From the IMG/VR virus record IMGVR_UViG_3300050120_000152, positions 248,001-312,000 of that record: a DNA stretch of 64,000 nt; one strand, given 5' to 3'. The translations under genes were made by a program, and so were the position numbers. The stretch's first letter is position 1, and each line of letters begins with the position of its first letter. Shown here piece by piece: positions 19,435 through 31,500 of this stretch. The notes below the pieces were generated by a model. It did not search any database. It was not told the origin of the DNA and saw only the letters and a list, made by a program, of their open reading frames with translations.

Positions 19435-20386
19435 TAATAGCCTTTGAATCTGTTAATAAAGCATTGCTAGATGCTTGCCGAACCCAACTTGGTATTACAT
19501 CATTTAATGTTAATGGCGGTTTAGTTGTTGGAGCTATCACCACCGGATCACCATTACCATCTGTGGTAGATGGGTTTGGTGTAACTACATCACTATAAGT
19601 AATATTTACGGAATCGTATACGAAAGTTACTTCAACCATAGATGCCTCAGATTGCGACATATCTAAATCATCCAAATTAACGCTTAATATTTTTGGATTT
19701 AAATAATCATAAAATACCTGCTTAGCTTTTCCTGTATTAGCATGTTTATCATCTAGCATATGATGAGTAACACGCATAGCAGCAAATGGGCCTAGTGGAT
19801 TATCAGCATATGCACCAATTGTTATAGCACCATAATCTGCACCATCTAAATTGTCGGCTTCATCTTTACTGATTGATGATATTGGGCTTACATACCTAAT
19901 ATATTGTGTTACAATATTATGCGCTCTATTTACCACATCATCATAAAATCCCAATGTTACGGTACCATAATCCAGTTTGATCGCTACCTTAGTTCGTAAT
20001 CCATAAAAATTAACATCTTGATATGTAATATTTGGCTGCGGTCGAGTGGCACGTTTTAAAGCGAAAGCCATTTTTGTCATATCTTGATCGCCAGAATGTA
20101 ATAATTTTAATCCATCTCGCGGAAAGAATTGTACAGTAAATAAAAATTTTAATTTTGGTTGTTCATTCGTAGCAAACCCGTCAGGAATATCTGAGCCTAA
20201 TGCAGCAAAATCATTTTTATGGTTTTTAAATGGAGCAGTACTTGCCACAGAATTTTTTAACAACCTACGGGGAGCATATTCATTAGATGGTACGGTAACT
20301 CCCGAATCGTTAGTGATTGTATCATCAGGAGCATTAGCAGTTACATTAACTGGTGCTAAATTTGTTACATTAAGAATTGATGCCAT
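19415..20386 (-). CDS. Tail-tube-fold protein (gp19 paralogue)
   Basis: PKLKFLFTVQF, ATRPQ, YGTVTLGFYDD, DLDMSQSE parallel the tube protein at 21009..21620. Confidence 0.6.
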   Translation of the reverse strand: MASILNVTNLAPVNVTANAPDDTITNDSGVTVPSNEYAPRRLLKNSVASTAPFKNHKNDFAALGSDIPDGFATNEQPKLKFLFTVQFFPRDGLKLLHSGDQDMTKMAFALKRATRPQPNITYQDVNFYGLRTKVAIKLDYGTVTLGFYDDVVNRAHNIVTQYIRYVSPISSISKDEADNLDGADYGAITIGAYADNPLGPFAAMRVTHHMLDDKHANTGKAKQVFYDYLNPKILSVNLDDLDMSQSEASMVEVTFVYDSVNITYSDVVTPNPSTTDGNGDPVVIAPTTKPPLTLNDVIPSWVRQASSNALLTDSKAINGIIPK

Positions 20387-20930
20387 GTATTATTCCTGCT
20401 GCTGATTGTGCGATGACTCGTGCCTGTCTTAATAATGAGGTTGAATAATTTGATGATAGATAGGTTCCCTTTCTTAAATCTGATACTATCGCATCTACTA
20501 ATATATAAAAATTTTGTTGTAGCGTAGAGGATACCAAGTTTAATATTTGTGTTATTTGTAAATTGGTCAATACGATCAATCTTCCTTGATTATTTGTTAC
20601 AGTATTAAATGGGATAGTTGCACCATATAAAATAGTATTATTAAATACATCCGATGATAATTGCATACCAGTTACTACATTTGTATTTATTAATGTTAGA
20701 GACTGCATACCATCAGATATCGGGCCATTTCCATAATCAATAGCCATTTGGTTGATTAATATCAAGTTAGCCTGTTGAATTCCATTTGTCCGTGCTGTGC
20801 CAGTAATTACATTAGCAGTAGATAGAAAATTATTGGCTATAAATTGCGATAATGGTATAGCCTGCGTTCTATTAAAGAAATTGGTTGAAATTTGACCTAA
20901 ATTGTATTTTGGTAATAATACTGATGCCAT
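20370..20930 (-). CDS. Hypothetical virion-associated protein
   Basis: GAGGAG SD, GATAAATA box at 20947-20954, inside structural cluster. Confidence 0.55.
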   Translation of the reverse strand: MASVLLPKYNLGQISTNFFNRTQAIPLSQFIANNFLSTANVITGTARTNGIQQANLILINQMAIDYGNGPISDGMQSLTLINTNVVTGMQLSSDVFNNTILYGATIPFNTVTNNQGRLIVLTNLQITQILNLVSSTLQQNFYILVDAIVSDLRKGTYLSSNYSTSLLRQARVIAQSAAGIIHGINS

Positions 20931-20954
20931 GGCTTACTCCTCATAATATTTATC

Positions 20955-20989
20955 AAAAATAAAGCCGCCATTCTGGCGGCTTTATTTTT
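20955..20989. terminator. Intrinsic terminator after tail tube gene
   Basis: AAAAATAAAGCCGCCA-TTC-TGGCGGCTTTATTTTT, 16-bp stem. Confidence 0.8.
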
Positions 20990-21008
20990 ATACCATACGA
21001 ATATAATC

Positions 21009-21620
21009 TTAAAAAGCACCTTGTGCAGGATGCGCTCTAAGAGTAACACCAGAAAGTTTCTGTCTTGCATGATCAAAGCTTACTGTTAAATTAATTTTAA
21101 CTGATTCGTTAGCAGCATAATCCAAATCAGTATAATCAATATTTTCAATCCAGCAACCTTCTACCGACCATGATTCGAACACGGTTTCATTACCATCTAA
21201 CATATCAATTCGAATAGCGAATTTATATAATTCACCAGCCGCACTAGCTGGCAATAATGCACTTGGAAATTGTGAAATGATGTTTTGCTGTGACTCTAAT
21301 TGATTTTGTAATGCTTGAGAAACATTACCACCTGTATCATCTTCAAAAACTAAATTCATAGGATCGAAACTATGCTTACCAGCAATAAAAACTTTTGAAT
21401 TATAACGATCTAATGTAATTTTTTCAAAACTTAATTTAGGGCGAGAAGCTGTGATAGCTTGCACAGTTAAGAAATCAGCATCCAATGAACCGCCACCGTT
21501 ATAGGTACCGTTAGCTCCACCACCAATACCGATAAAGGTTACGCGCCATCTATTCTTTAATTTGGGTTGAAATATACCCATATTGGTACCATCATTACCA
21601 ACGTCACTTAAAACTGCCAT
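21009..21620 (-). CDS. Tail tube protein (gp19-like)
   Basis: QPKLKNRWRV, SRPKLSF, AGKHSFDPM.L.FEDD, W.VEGCW, LDY, FDHA; own promoter and terminator. Confidence 0.85.
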   Translation of the reverse strand: MAVLSDVGNDGTNMGIFQPKLKNRWRVTFIGIGGGANGTYNGGGSLDADFLTVQAITASRPKLSFEKITLDRYNSKVFIAGKHSFDPMNLVFEDDTGGNVSQALQNQLESQQNIISQFPSALLPASAAGELYKFAIRIDMLDGNETVFESWSVEGCWIENIDYTDLDYAANESVKINLTVSFDHARQKLSGVTLRAHPAQGAF

Positions 21621-21647
21621 TAAAATTCTCCAGATGTAATTTCATAT

Positions 21648-21655
21648 TATTTATA
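21648..21655 (-). promoter_or_regulatory. Late promoter TATAAATA (tail tube)
   Basis: Exact T4 late consensus about 27 nt upstream of ATG. Confidence 0.75.
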
Positions 21656-21758
21656 CTTGAAAAAGAAAATTCTTGGTAAAAGCCTCGTTTTAAAATATGT
21701 AAATAGTTATATTTCACGATGAAACCGATAAATATCTATAACTATAATCTGGTATCAT

Positions 21759-22496
21759 ATGCAATCCTTCAAAGCACATCTGTTAAACGAACTGTTAAAT
21801 GTCAAGCCTATTGAAAATGAGGCATTATTGACCTTAAGAAAAATTATTGATATGATTGATGATGGTCATGTTGATTATTCTACTGATAAAATTAAAATAA
21901 ATGTGGGTCGATTGATTAAAGATAAAAAATATAATAATCTAAACATTTATATACTTAAAGGTAAAAAAAGTCCGCGTATAGGACGGCATATAGAAACAGA
22001 AACTCATGCCATATTTTTATATTCTGAGAGATTGCCAGCAAGAGAAAAAATTGATGATTTCTTATCTGATCAAGAACGTACATCATCATTTAAATTACTA
22101 TTTAAAAAATTCTTCAATGATGCAGTATTTGATGATACTGATAAAGAACAAGATTCATCGTATGAAAAGAAAGCTAATTTGAATACTAGAAAAAGCTTTG
22201 AAAAAGCTTATATCGAGTTAGTCAATAAATTAAATAACCATATCGGTAAATATAGCTCCGCTAAAGGCGATCTTGATGGACGTATTGAAAAATCTAATCA
22301 CGATTTAGGTCATAAAGAAATATTAGGTCTTAGTTTAAGCAAAATCAAGCATGATATGATTGGCAATAGCGTCGAAGAATTCAAATCTAAAGCTATTGAT
22401 ATGTTTGGTAAAGAAAATTATAAATTATTAGATAAAGAATTCAGGGATAAATTGGATTCACGCTTAAATGATTATTACGAACATAAAATAAATTAA
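21759..22496 (+). CDS. Hypothetical, probable head-packaged protein
   Basis: N-term MQSFKAHLLNE; GATAAATA at 21727-21734. Confidence 0.55.
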   Translation: MQSFKAHLLNELLNVKPIENEALLTLRKIIDMIDDGHVDYSTDKIKINVGRLIKDKKYNNLNIYILKGKKSPRIGRHIETETHAIFLYSERLPAREKIDDFLSDQERTSSFKLLFKKFFNDAVFDDTDKEQDSSYEKKANLNTRKSFEKAYIELVNKLNNHIGKYSSAKGDLDGRIEKSNHDLGHKEILGLSLSKIKHDMIGNSVEEFKSKAIDMFGKENYKLLDKEFRDKLDSRLNDYYEHKIN

Positions 22497-22500
22497 TTGA

Positions 22501-23316
22501 TTATCCTGTAGGAAAATCTGGAATTTTATCCACATCTACGATAGTAATATCTATAGATTGTGAAGGATCAATAATACCTTCTTGTATAGCATCTAGTAAT
22601 GACTTATTATTTTGTAATATATCCAATCTAACATGAATAGATTTGATAAAGTTATCTTTGAAATCAATAGGTACCTGTAACCATGCATAGCAACTGAATA
22701 CCATACTACTCATGTTTATTTTTCTATCATTCCCTGCTGGATAATTTTCTTCAAATCCAATGTTTTCTAATGTCAACACTGTAATTTTACCACCATCAAA
22801 GGGATCATCGCTTGTTTGAATTTGTAATGATGGGTCAAATGCTGTTAATATTTGTTCGAATATTTGGAATTTTTGCATATCATTTGATGTGAAAATATTC
22901 AATTCGAACGCTAATTTGTAAGGTTGTGGTGTACGTCTGTACATAACTTTCACACCATCAGGTAACGCAGCACCGCGAGGTAGAAATGATCTACGTGATA
23001 CTGTTGCGGTACCCTTACGACGTTCTGGGGCTGGTTGAATATCGGCCAATTTGCAAGAGAACATAGGTAATCTAAGTGGTGAGTTTTGAGTTTGTCCGGC
23101 AATAATAGAATCTACTACTCTATCTACACCACCATACCGAATAGGAACTTCTATAAAATTATTCTGATTATCAAAATCATTCTGACCTATTTTTACATTG
23201 AAAACGCCAAACACGGCCATAAATTGTGTAATATATGACACTAATTGTTCATCATACCAAAAATTTTTGAATGCATCATCAAAATAAGGTTTATGTTCTT
23301 GTATTTCTTTAGTCAT
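22501..23316 (-). CDS. Tail sheath stabilizer / tail terminator (gp15-like)
   Basis: FWYDEQL..Y..QF...F, VPIRYG, RLPMFS, PQPYKL.FEL.I, QIFEQIL..FDPS. Confidence 0.8.
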   Translation of the reverse strand: MTKEIQEHKPYFDDAFKNFWYDEQLVSYITQFMAVFGVFNVKIGQNDFDNQNNFIEVPIRYGGVDRVVDSIIAGQTQNSPLRLPMFSCKLADIQPAPERRKGTATVSRRSFLPRGAALPDGVKVMYRRTPQPYKLAFELNIFTSNDMQKFQIFEQILTAFDPSLQIQTSDDPFDGGKITVLTLENIGFEENYPAGNDRKINMSSMVFSCYAWLQVPIDFKDNFIKSIHVRLDILQNNKSLLDAIQEGIIDPSQSIDITIVDVDKIPDFPTG

Positions 23317-23340
23317 AAGTTATCATCTTCAGTATATTTA

Positions 23341-25497
23341 TTAAGTGAATACGCCGCCAATGTAAATACTAAAATCGCTAGTCTGCGTAATACAATCAAC
23401 GAGGTTATTCAGACCTATATCTACGAAAGTACTATCCATTATACCAACCGAAGTTAAACGTGCAATATAATTATGCACATGACTCCCTATTGCAGTGAAG
23501 TCGCCACCAATATAAATCTTACCATCAATAACTGTTTGATATAATATTTTAATATACCCATTTACATCTATATCTATAAATGATGAGTCGAGTGTGCCGT
23601 TAGAATTTAATTTCGTTAAATAATTGTAACTATTGGTTCCTGCTGCGGTGAAATCACCACCTACATAAATTTTTGCATCTGCGGTTTGAATGATTGAATA
23701 TACATCATTATTCAAATCTAAATCAGTAAATCCAGTATCAACGGTTCCATCCGAATTTAATCTAGCAATATAATTGCGTGGTATTGATCCAATAGAGGTA
23801 AAATTACCTCCCAAATATATTTTTCCATCCGCCGTTTGATAAATGCAATTAATAGTTGAATTAAAATCAATACTCATAAAACTAGTATCTAATGTTCCAT
23901 CAGAATTCAAGCGAGCAAGATAATTATATGGGATTGATCCAATTGAGCTAAATGATCCTGCAACATATATTTTACCATCAGCTGTTTGATAGATATAATT
24001 TAATGAATTATTAAAATCTATAGGCATGAATGATGTGTCTAATGTACCATCGTAATGCAGTCTTAGGATATAGGTATAAGATAATGAACCATGTGATGTA
24101 AAATTACCTATAACATAAATTTTGTTATCTGATGTTTGGATAATGTCAATAACTGTGCTATCAACATCTAAACTCACATAAGATGTATCTAATGATCCAT
24201 CATAATTTAATCGGTCGAACAATGCCCATGCTGGCGATGATGAATCGCCATTGAAGAATGCTCCCCCAAAATAAATCTGTCCATCGGTAGATTGTATGAT
24301 AGCGTCTACTTGACCATCCAAAGAAAGATTAGTATAACCACGATTTATCGTACCATCTATATTCAATTTAGTCATATAGCCAGCTGCAACAGGTGGGGTT
24401 GATGTTGGTGTAGGAGTTAATGTAGGACTTACTGTGATGGTTGGTGTAATACTTGGCGTAACTGTAATTGTGGGAGTAATACTTGGCGTGATCGTAATTG
24501 ATGGTGTTGGGGTTGGGGTTGGTGTTGGCGTAAGTGATGATCCCGGTGCAGGGGTTGCAGATGGGGTTATTGATGTTGTTGGTGTAATGGTACGAGTTAC
24601 GGTTGGCGTAGGTGTTAGTGTCCGAGTTACTGTTGGAGTTACTGATATTGATATTGTAATTGTTGGTGTGTTAGAAATTGTTGGCGTTACACTCGGTGTA
24701 TCGGAAATAGTTGGGGTAACAGTCGGTGCTGGCGTTGGAGTAGGTGTTTCGGTAGCCATTGGTGTAACTGTAATAGTTGGTGTTATTGATATTGATCCAG
24801 TGACCGATGGGGTAACTGAAATAGTCTGCGTGACTGTTGGAGTCATCGTTGGAGTTGCAGTAGCTGTCGCGGTCATAGTTGGAGTAATTGTTACAGTTTG
24901 TGTTACTGTCAATGTAACGCTTGGTGTAGGCGTTAAGCTTTGTGTCAATGACACACTAGGGGTCAGTGTATGGGTAGGTGTTGGTGTAGCCTGTGGTGTC
25001 TTAGATGGCGTCACAGATACTGTTGCCGTTGGTGTTAGTGTAGGAGTTGATGGTATTTCAGATGAGGTTGATGGAGTTGGTGTAGGAGTTGGAGTCAATG
25101 AGGTTGATGGAGTGATGTTTACTGGTACTAAGGGATCGAGTGCTGATCCAAAATATAATATATTTGCCGTGCCAGTGCAATTACCCAAACGACCAAAATC
25201 CAGCCATATATTATTACTATCAATATAATTTATAATAGGTTCTATTTTAGTTAAAATATTATTAATATCGTTGATGAAAACATTGATGAATAACTGATTA
25301 GAGTTATTTCCATGAAATATTTTCCAAATAGTTGCGGGAACCGTCTGAACATGCTGTGTAGCATGTTCAAATTGTTCAAAATTTTTATCGGTGTTTATTA
25401 CTCTACCTAAATTTTTATCTAATAATAATTTTTTATATTTACTAAATCCACCGGCTATAGGAGTCACTGATGTAGATGGTGTAATTAAGTCATTCAT
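23341..25497 (-). CDS. Probable virion fibre/appendage: long Thr/Pro mucin-like stalk plus delta-60 (DUF5122-like) beta-propeller
   Basis: About 245 aa TP tract, then about 7 repeats Q.DGKIYxGGxFT...YIARLNSDGTLDTSF. Confidence 0.75.
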   Translation of the reverse strand: MNDLITPSTSVTPIAGGFSKYKKLLLDKNLGRVINTDKNFEQFEHATQHVQTVPATIWKIFHGNNSNQLFINVFINDINNILTKIEPIINYIDSNNIWLDFGRLGNCTGTANILYFGSALDPLVPVNITPSTSLTPTPTPTPSTSSEIPSTPTLTPTATVSVTPSKTPQATPTPTHTLTPSVSLTQSLTPTPSVTLTVTQTVTITPTMTATATATPTMTPTVTQTISVTPSVTGSISITPTITVTPMATETPTPTPAPTVTPTISDTPSVTPTISNTPTITISISVTPTVTRTLTPTPTVTRTITPTTSITPSATPAPGSSLTPTPTPTPTPSITITPSITPTITVTPSITPTITVSPTLTPTPTSTPPVAAGYMTKLNIDGTINRGYTNLSLDGQVDAIIQSTDGQIYFGGAFFNGDSSSPAWALFDRLNYDGSLDTSYVSLDVDSTVIDIIQTSDNKIYVIGNFTSHGSLSYTYILRLHYDGTLDTSFMPIDFNNSLNYIYQTADGKIYVAGSFSSIGSIPYNYLARLNSDGTLDTSFMSIDFNSTINCIYQTADGKIYLGGNFTSIGSIPRNYIARLNSDGTVDTGFTDLDLNNDVYSIIQTADAKIYVGGDFTAAGTNSYNYLTKLNSNGTLDSSFIDIDVNGYIKILYQTVIDGKIYIGGDFTAIGSHVHNYIARLTSVGIMDSTFVDIGLNNLVDCITQTSDFSIYIGGVFT

Positions 25498-25521
25498 GTT
25501 CTATTTTCGGTTTAAATATAT

Positions 25522-28500
25522 TTATGTTGGTGTTGGAGTTAAGGTAATAGTAGGAGTTACTGTGACAGTAGCTGTTAATGTTGGTGTAATAGTAGGTGTT
25601 ACTGTGGCAGTAGCTGTTATGGTTGGTGTGATTGTAATAGTAGGAGTGACAGAGATTGTGGGTGTTATGCTTGGAGTGATTGTAATAGTAGGAGTGAGGG
25701 TGGGTGTTGGCGATGGAGTAATACCTACACCAGAAATAGCTTCATAATGTGCAAAAATACTATCATCGGTCAATGCTGCCCCATAAAATGAGAAATTATC
25801 TATTCCACCAACAAAATTGTTGATGCTTGGAATATAGAATGGTGAACCACCTATATTAATACCATAGGTATTTGAAAATAAATTATTTCCTGTAACTGGT
25901 ATGGAAGTTTCTTCTATACCATTCACAAAAATACACATTTCGTCATTCATTCTACGACATGTTATGACATAGGATGAACCATCTGCAGATGTAGTTGATT
26001 GTATTTCGGCGGCTGGGAAATCTGTGGTTGCTATTCTAAAAGCAAATTTTCCAGTCGATGGATCAATAGCTAATTGCATTTGTGGTTGTTGTGACGATGT
26101 ATTATATGGAATATACACCAACATTGGAATAGCAGCATGTTGCTCTGCAGTAGTAGCATTGGTAGTTATTTCAAAAGTAAAATCGCCCGGAATATCTAAG
26201 AAACTACCATATGTACCTAATACCATATTATTTTGAGTGAAGTCATTATTAAACAATATTGATCTTACCGATCCTGCAATCAATCCCGGCTCACCCAATG
26301 TTATATTACCATTATAATAACCATTATTGCCATATAGCGAACTATCTAACGCTGTAGATGTAGCTAAATCGTCAAACTTATAATAAACTAATGGATTATC
26401 ATTCATTACAGCAGAGTCATACATGCTGATAGGCACTGGTGATAATGTTGGTGTGATGGTTGGTGTAATAGTAGTAGTTATTGTTGGTGTAATTGTAGGT
26501 GTTGGTGTTGGAGTATTAGTTGCCATAGGTGTTGGAGTATTAGTTGCGGTAGGTACTGGTGTTCCTGTGGCTACTGGGGTTGTTGTAGGTGTGATAGTTG
26601 TTGTAGGTGTGATAGTAGTAGAAACTGTCAACGATATTGTTGGGGTTAGCGACGGCGTCACGGTTACGGTTGGCGTAATAGTTGTAGAAACTGTAATAGT
26701 AGGTGTTATACTTGGTGTTGGTGATGGTGATGGTAACGGTGGCTGTGTTGGAACTGCAATATTATCAGCAATATCACATGCTCCACCCGGAAGAATATTA
26801 TTGATAATAGTAGTAGGATTAATATCAGACACATTAACATTTTGTGAAACGTCAATAGCAACCCACGAAGTTTTGAAAAAATCTGCGCTATTTTTCTTCA
26901 AACTCATTGCATCATTAAATGCCGCAAAATAAATGTAGTTAATATTAGATATATCAAAATTATCATATATTACATACATGGTATTAACAATGTTATTAAT
27001 ATTATCAAAATTATTAATAGCTAAAAATGAGTTTATATCAATGTTTATAAAATCTTGTGTAGGATCATTTAAAATACTTTGAATGGTAGCCAAAGTTAAG
27101 CTAGATGATGTAAATATTTGTTCAACACCCATACCATATTTGGTATCAGTACCATAGATATTATCAAATAATATTCTATCTAATGTGGGTAACGTTATCG
27201 TAGTATCAATGATTTTATTAGAAACCGGGTATCCTACCAATGCTGATATTAATTTTTCCCATAGATATAGATCGATTTTCTGTGATTGATTTTTTCTAAA
27301 CATTTTCCATTCATAATGAACATTTTTTAATGCTAATGGTGATTTAACCGGATTTGTGGTTGAATAATCGTAAATATCACCATTTATTGGCATTCTATCT
27401 CTTAAAGTAAAATCACGAGTAAATCTAAGCGCATAACGATTATCATCATTTACTAAGCCCTTTAGACCGCGAATGATCATTTTATTGAATCTAGCAGGTA
27501 AATCGTAAGCTGCACCATCAAATACATCACCAAACACAATGCCATATCCATCATCATTGTAACGCATTCCCGATAATATCATATATGGGTTTGGGTTAGT
27601 AATCAAATCGGATTGCGCCTGTATGATTGTTGATTGATAATTGCTAGTATTAGTAATGGTTGTCGGTGAACCGTTTACCCAGAAATAATAATACGGTACT
27701 AATGCACCATTTGTATTGCTTACGACATAAGTGGTAGAGTATGGGGTATCATACTTATAAACCATATTGGTAATGTCATCAGCGGTGGGGATAGGTGCAG
27801 GTAGCACTACTGTAATATAATCTTGTATATCAGGTTTATTGATCTGTCCCGGTAATAGTGCACCATACATATAATCGTAAAAATTATATAGTGTTAAATC
27901 CACACTCAAATCATATGTACCGTTACGATATATATTTACACTTCCTGAGAATGGAACTACGGTGGTTGTTTGAATTAATGCAGCTAATATACTAAATCGT
28001 TGATCTGAAACTTGATTCCAATTAGGATTTGTTATAGAGCCTTCATTATAATATAGGTTAACTATTGGGGTACCAGAGTTTGGATACTGCGAAGTATACT
28101 CTGATGGAGGGACTAAAGATTCCGTCCATTGATATAAGTTCAGTTTACCAATATTCGATAATTTACCCCAATTAGCTATTCTATCATTAATATTAGGAAA
28201 TACGCCATGATCAAAATATGGGATATAATCAAGTTCAGTAGTATCCATCCAAACTTTACCAGCTTTATATTTTAACCATACATCATTATAAATATTTCCT
28301 GTAAAATCAATTGAATAGGTTGCTGGATCATATGCAGTCTTTATGTCAACTAACGAATAGGCATATTGATCATGTTGATTTAATGCGGGATTCCATATAG
28401 CAATTTGGTTAACGATTACGCCCGCAGTCTTATCTACAAATACTGAAGAATTTTGCGCATTATAGTTATAGATCAAACAACTTATTTGGACATTATTTAA

Positions 28501-31500
28501 TATAGTTGGATCGGTCGAGAACACCACAACTTGATTATTGATCATGGTATAATCTTGCTGATTAACTAATGATTTAGTATTCCCATTGGCATCCAAATAT
28601 GTAATGATAACGCCATCATAAATATCACCCAATGATAATATAATACGAGAATTTATATATAATAAATCGCTTTCCTGTAATGATATAATTTGTTTTACTG
28701 ATGCATTAAAGAAATATGATTGATTGGGGGCTATTTTATTTAATACATCGGGCTGATCCCACCATCGGGTATTATCGGTTAAAGCAATTCCAGTAAACGT
28801 ATCATCTAATGCATTTTCATCTGGTGCAATAAACTCTGCTCTAAACTCTGCTCCTATAGAATCGGAACGTTTTAATTTTAATTCAATATAATCTTTTTCT
28901 TTAGAATCGCCAAATCTAGCTAATTTATATACCCAGAATTCATCTAGAGTGGCTTTATTAAACAAGCTTTGGTTAGTATAGGCATCTATAGCTAAGTTTG
29001 TGCCTTTATTCTTAATCATACCACGCCAAAAAATGAAATCAGATTTTGAATTTACATTCAAGTCCGCCATATAATCTGATTGACCAGAATATCCCAAAGA
29101 CTTTCTTACTTCTTTAATTAAGGGTTTAGATTCTAATACGTTATAGGTATCATACATGTAACGTAAATCGGTCACTGCAGATTCAAAGTTTTGCATTAAA
29201 TCATCATTATGTATAATGAATCCGCCTGTATTTGGTCTTAATGTCATTCCGGGCTGGCGATTGAATTCTACAAAGAAACGTGGAGTTCTTAAACCCAAGA
29301 AAGAATCATATATTAAATTGTTTGAAACGGAATAATTATTTAAGGATAAAATATGTTCATATGCATCAATGAAAGCATGTATTCCGGCAATATATGATGG
29401 AAATGCTGAAATGGTATTTGATATAATTTGTTCGTTCGTTAATGATATTTGACTATATTCATCATGACGAAGTACCATCAATTTATCATGCGTTAACATT
29501 TGACCATACTGATTATATATTCTTTGATTAGTTAAAATATCATTACGATCATTACCTATCACATCAGATAAAATACCTTGACTATGATTTATACGCATAG
29601 CTTTTTTATAAGGATTTATTAAAAATTGTGGGTAATTTATTTGAGGTCTATAAATTTTGAATGATGATATGCCCGATCCTGATGTACTAAATGGTATAAA
29701 GATGCCCGCTAATGCATCGGAATTGGTATAAGCTAACTGAAAACCCATTCCATCAGATGATGGAATGACATAATAAGGAACGAACTGCTTTAATGGATTA
29801 TCAAATGGTTGTGGTAGTATTGAAGCATCAGATGCTGTTATCACTACTCGTTGCGCTTTATTGATTTGTGCACTAGGAATTGAAACATTAGAATCAGTAT
29901 ATAGAAATCGACTATTTACATAATCAGATTTTATTTGATATTCAAGATCGGTAGTTTGTTGTGATGTTGAAAGGACGTATAACCAATCGATAAAATATTC
30001 TATTTCTAATTGCCAATCATTTAATCTTCCAGTATTAGGATCAGAGTTATCAATGTCTTCCGTCATTGTTGAGAACCCGATGCTTGCTAGATAATCGGAA
30101 TATCCATCAATAAAATCTATCATTTGTTGTATATTTGTAATATACAACGGTTGAGAGGCATTTATAATGGTTCTAGTATCTGAGTAATGCTTTCTCCATG
30201 AGGTATTAACAGCATTTCCACCCAATGCTTTGAAGGTGGTTTGAATACGTCCTACAAATGGTGCAGATAATGATGTAGTCAAAGGTGTTATAGCACCCTT
30301 ATTAGCTAAAGCTGCATCAGGATTATTACTCAAGGAAAATGAATAATTATCCAATCTAATAAGATAATATGGAATGAATTCGTTAAATGGTGCAGGTAAT
30401 GCCGTATCAGTTGTTAAATATAATTCGGTTCCCGTTACCCAATCATCAGGTAATGTTCTACGAACAGATGGATAGATTTGCCCATCTATGGTATCAGAGG
30501 TTAAAGTTATAGTTTCATTGACAAATATTTTTGTTGATGAGTTAGCAATATCATAATAAATTGATTTTATTGTGTATGTACCGTTGAACTGTGTCGAATG
30601 GTTGATGACAAATGAAGTTCCTTCGACAAATGAAGTTGTTAAATTACCACTCAAATCAAAATATTGTTGGAATAAAAATCCAGTGTTAATAGATGCTGAT
30701 ATACCAGCATAATTATCATGTAAAGTAGAAAATAGACCATTATCATTGATGGTGATAGTTGTGTTTGCCTGAATGACGATATTTCCGTTACTTAAGTAAG
30801 CTGATGCCGCCGTACCTAATTGGTCATTCAATGTTATAATAGCTGCACTAATTGTAGGAGCATTAGTAGTATTTAATGTTAATATAATTGAATCAGAGCC
30901 GATACTAATTGATGCGGTATATGACATTGTACCAATATAGTTAGTCGAATTACTTAAATCAGCAGTTTCACTATAATTTATAGTTGAAATAGTAGCAGGG
31001 GTAGCAATACCAGCATCAATAATATCATATACGGAAATTTCAAATACCGGATTGCCAGTCAAAGATTTAAACCCAAAGTTTTCTTTTGGATAATATAAAA
31101 TATTGGTATTTGTGGGCGATGTTGATCCAAATTGTACTGTCCACCCTGTACCTAAATTACGTGTTTTTGAATATTTTGATGGTGAATTTAATACAGTACC
31201 AATCAATGAATCAAAACTTATATCATTGAATCCAAATGTTTTCTTTACATTTATTGTATAATCTTTGTTTGTAATATCAAAATTTTCATTATCGATATTT
31301 AAAGATGGGGTATCAATATATGAACCTATTAGATAGGATAGTTGGGTATCCCATGTTTTCCAATATGATCTGAATTGTGATGCCTCGCCATCATAACCAT
31401 GATATCTATTATAATTAATGTACCATTGATTTAAGCCGTTAGAATAGAAAGCTTTTCCATTAGCATCAATGTCACCATGGAAAATAGTATCTTTATGAGA

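Noticed and set aside
24434-26932. Plus-strand Val/Gly-rich ORFs (24434..25228, 25391..25747, 26423..26932)
   Set aside because: Antisense shadows of the Thr/Pro codon tracts, which lack stops on the reverse strand
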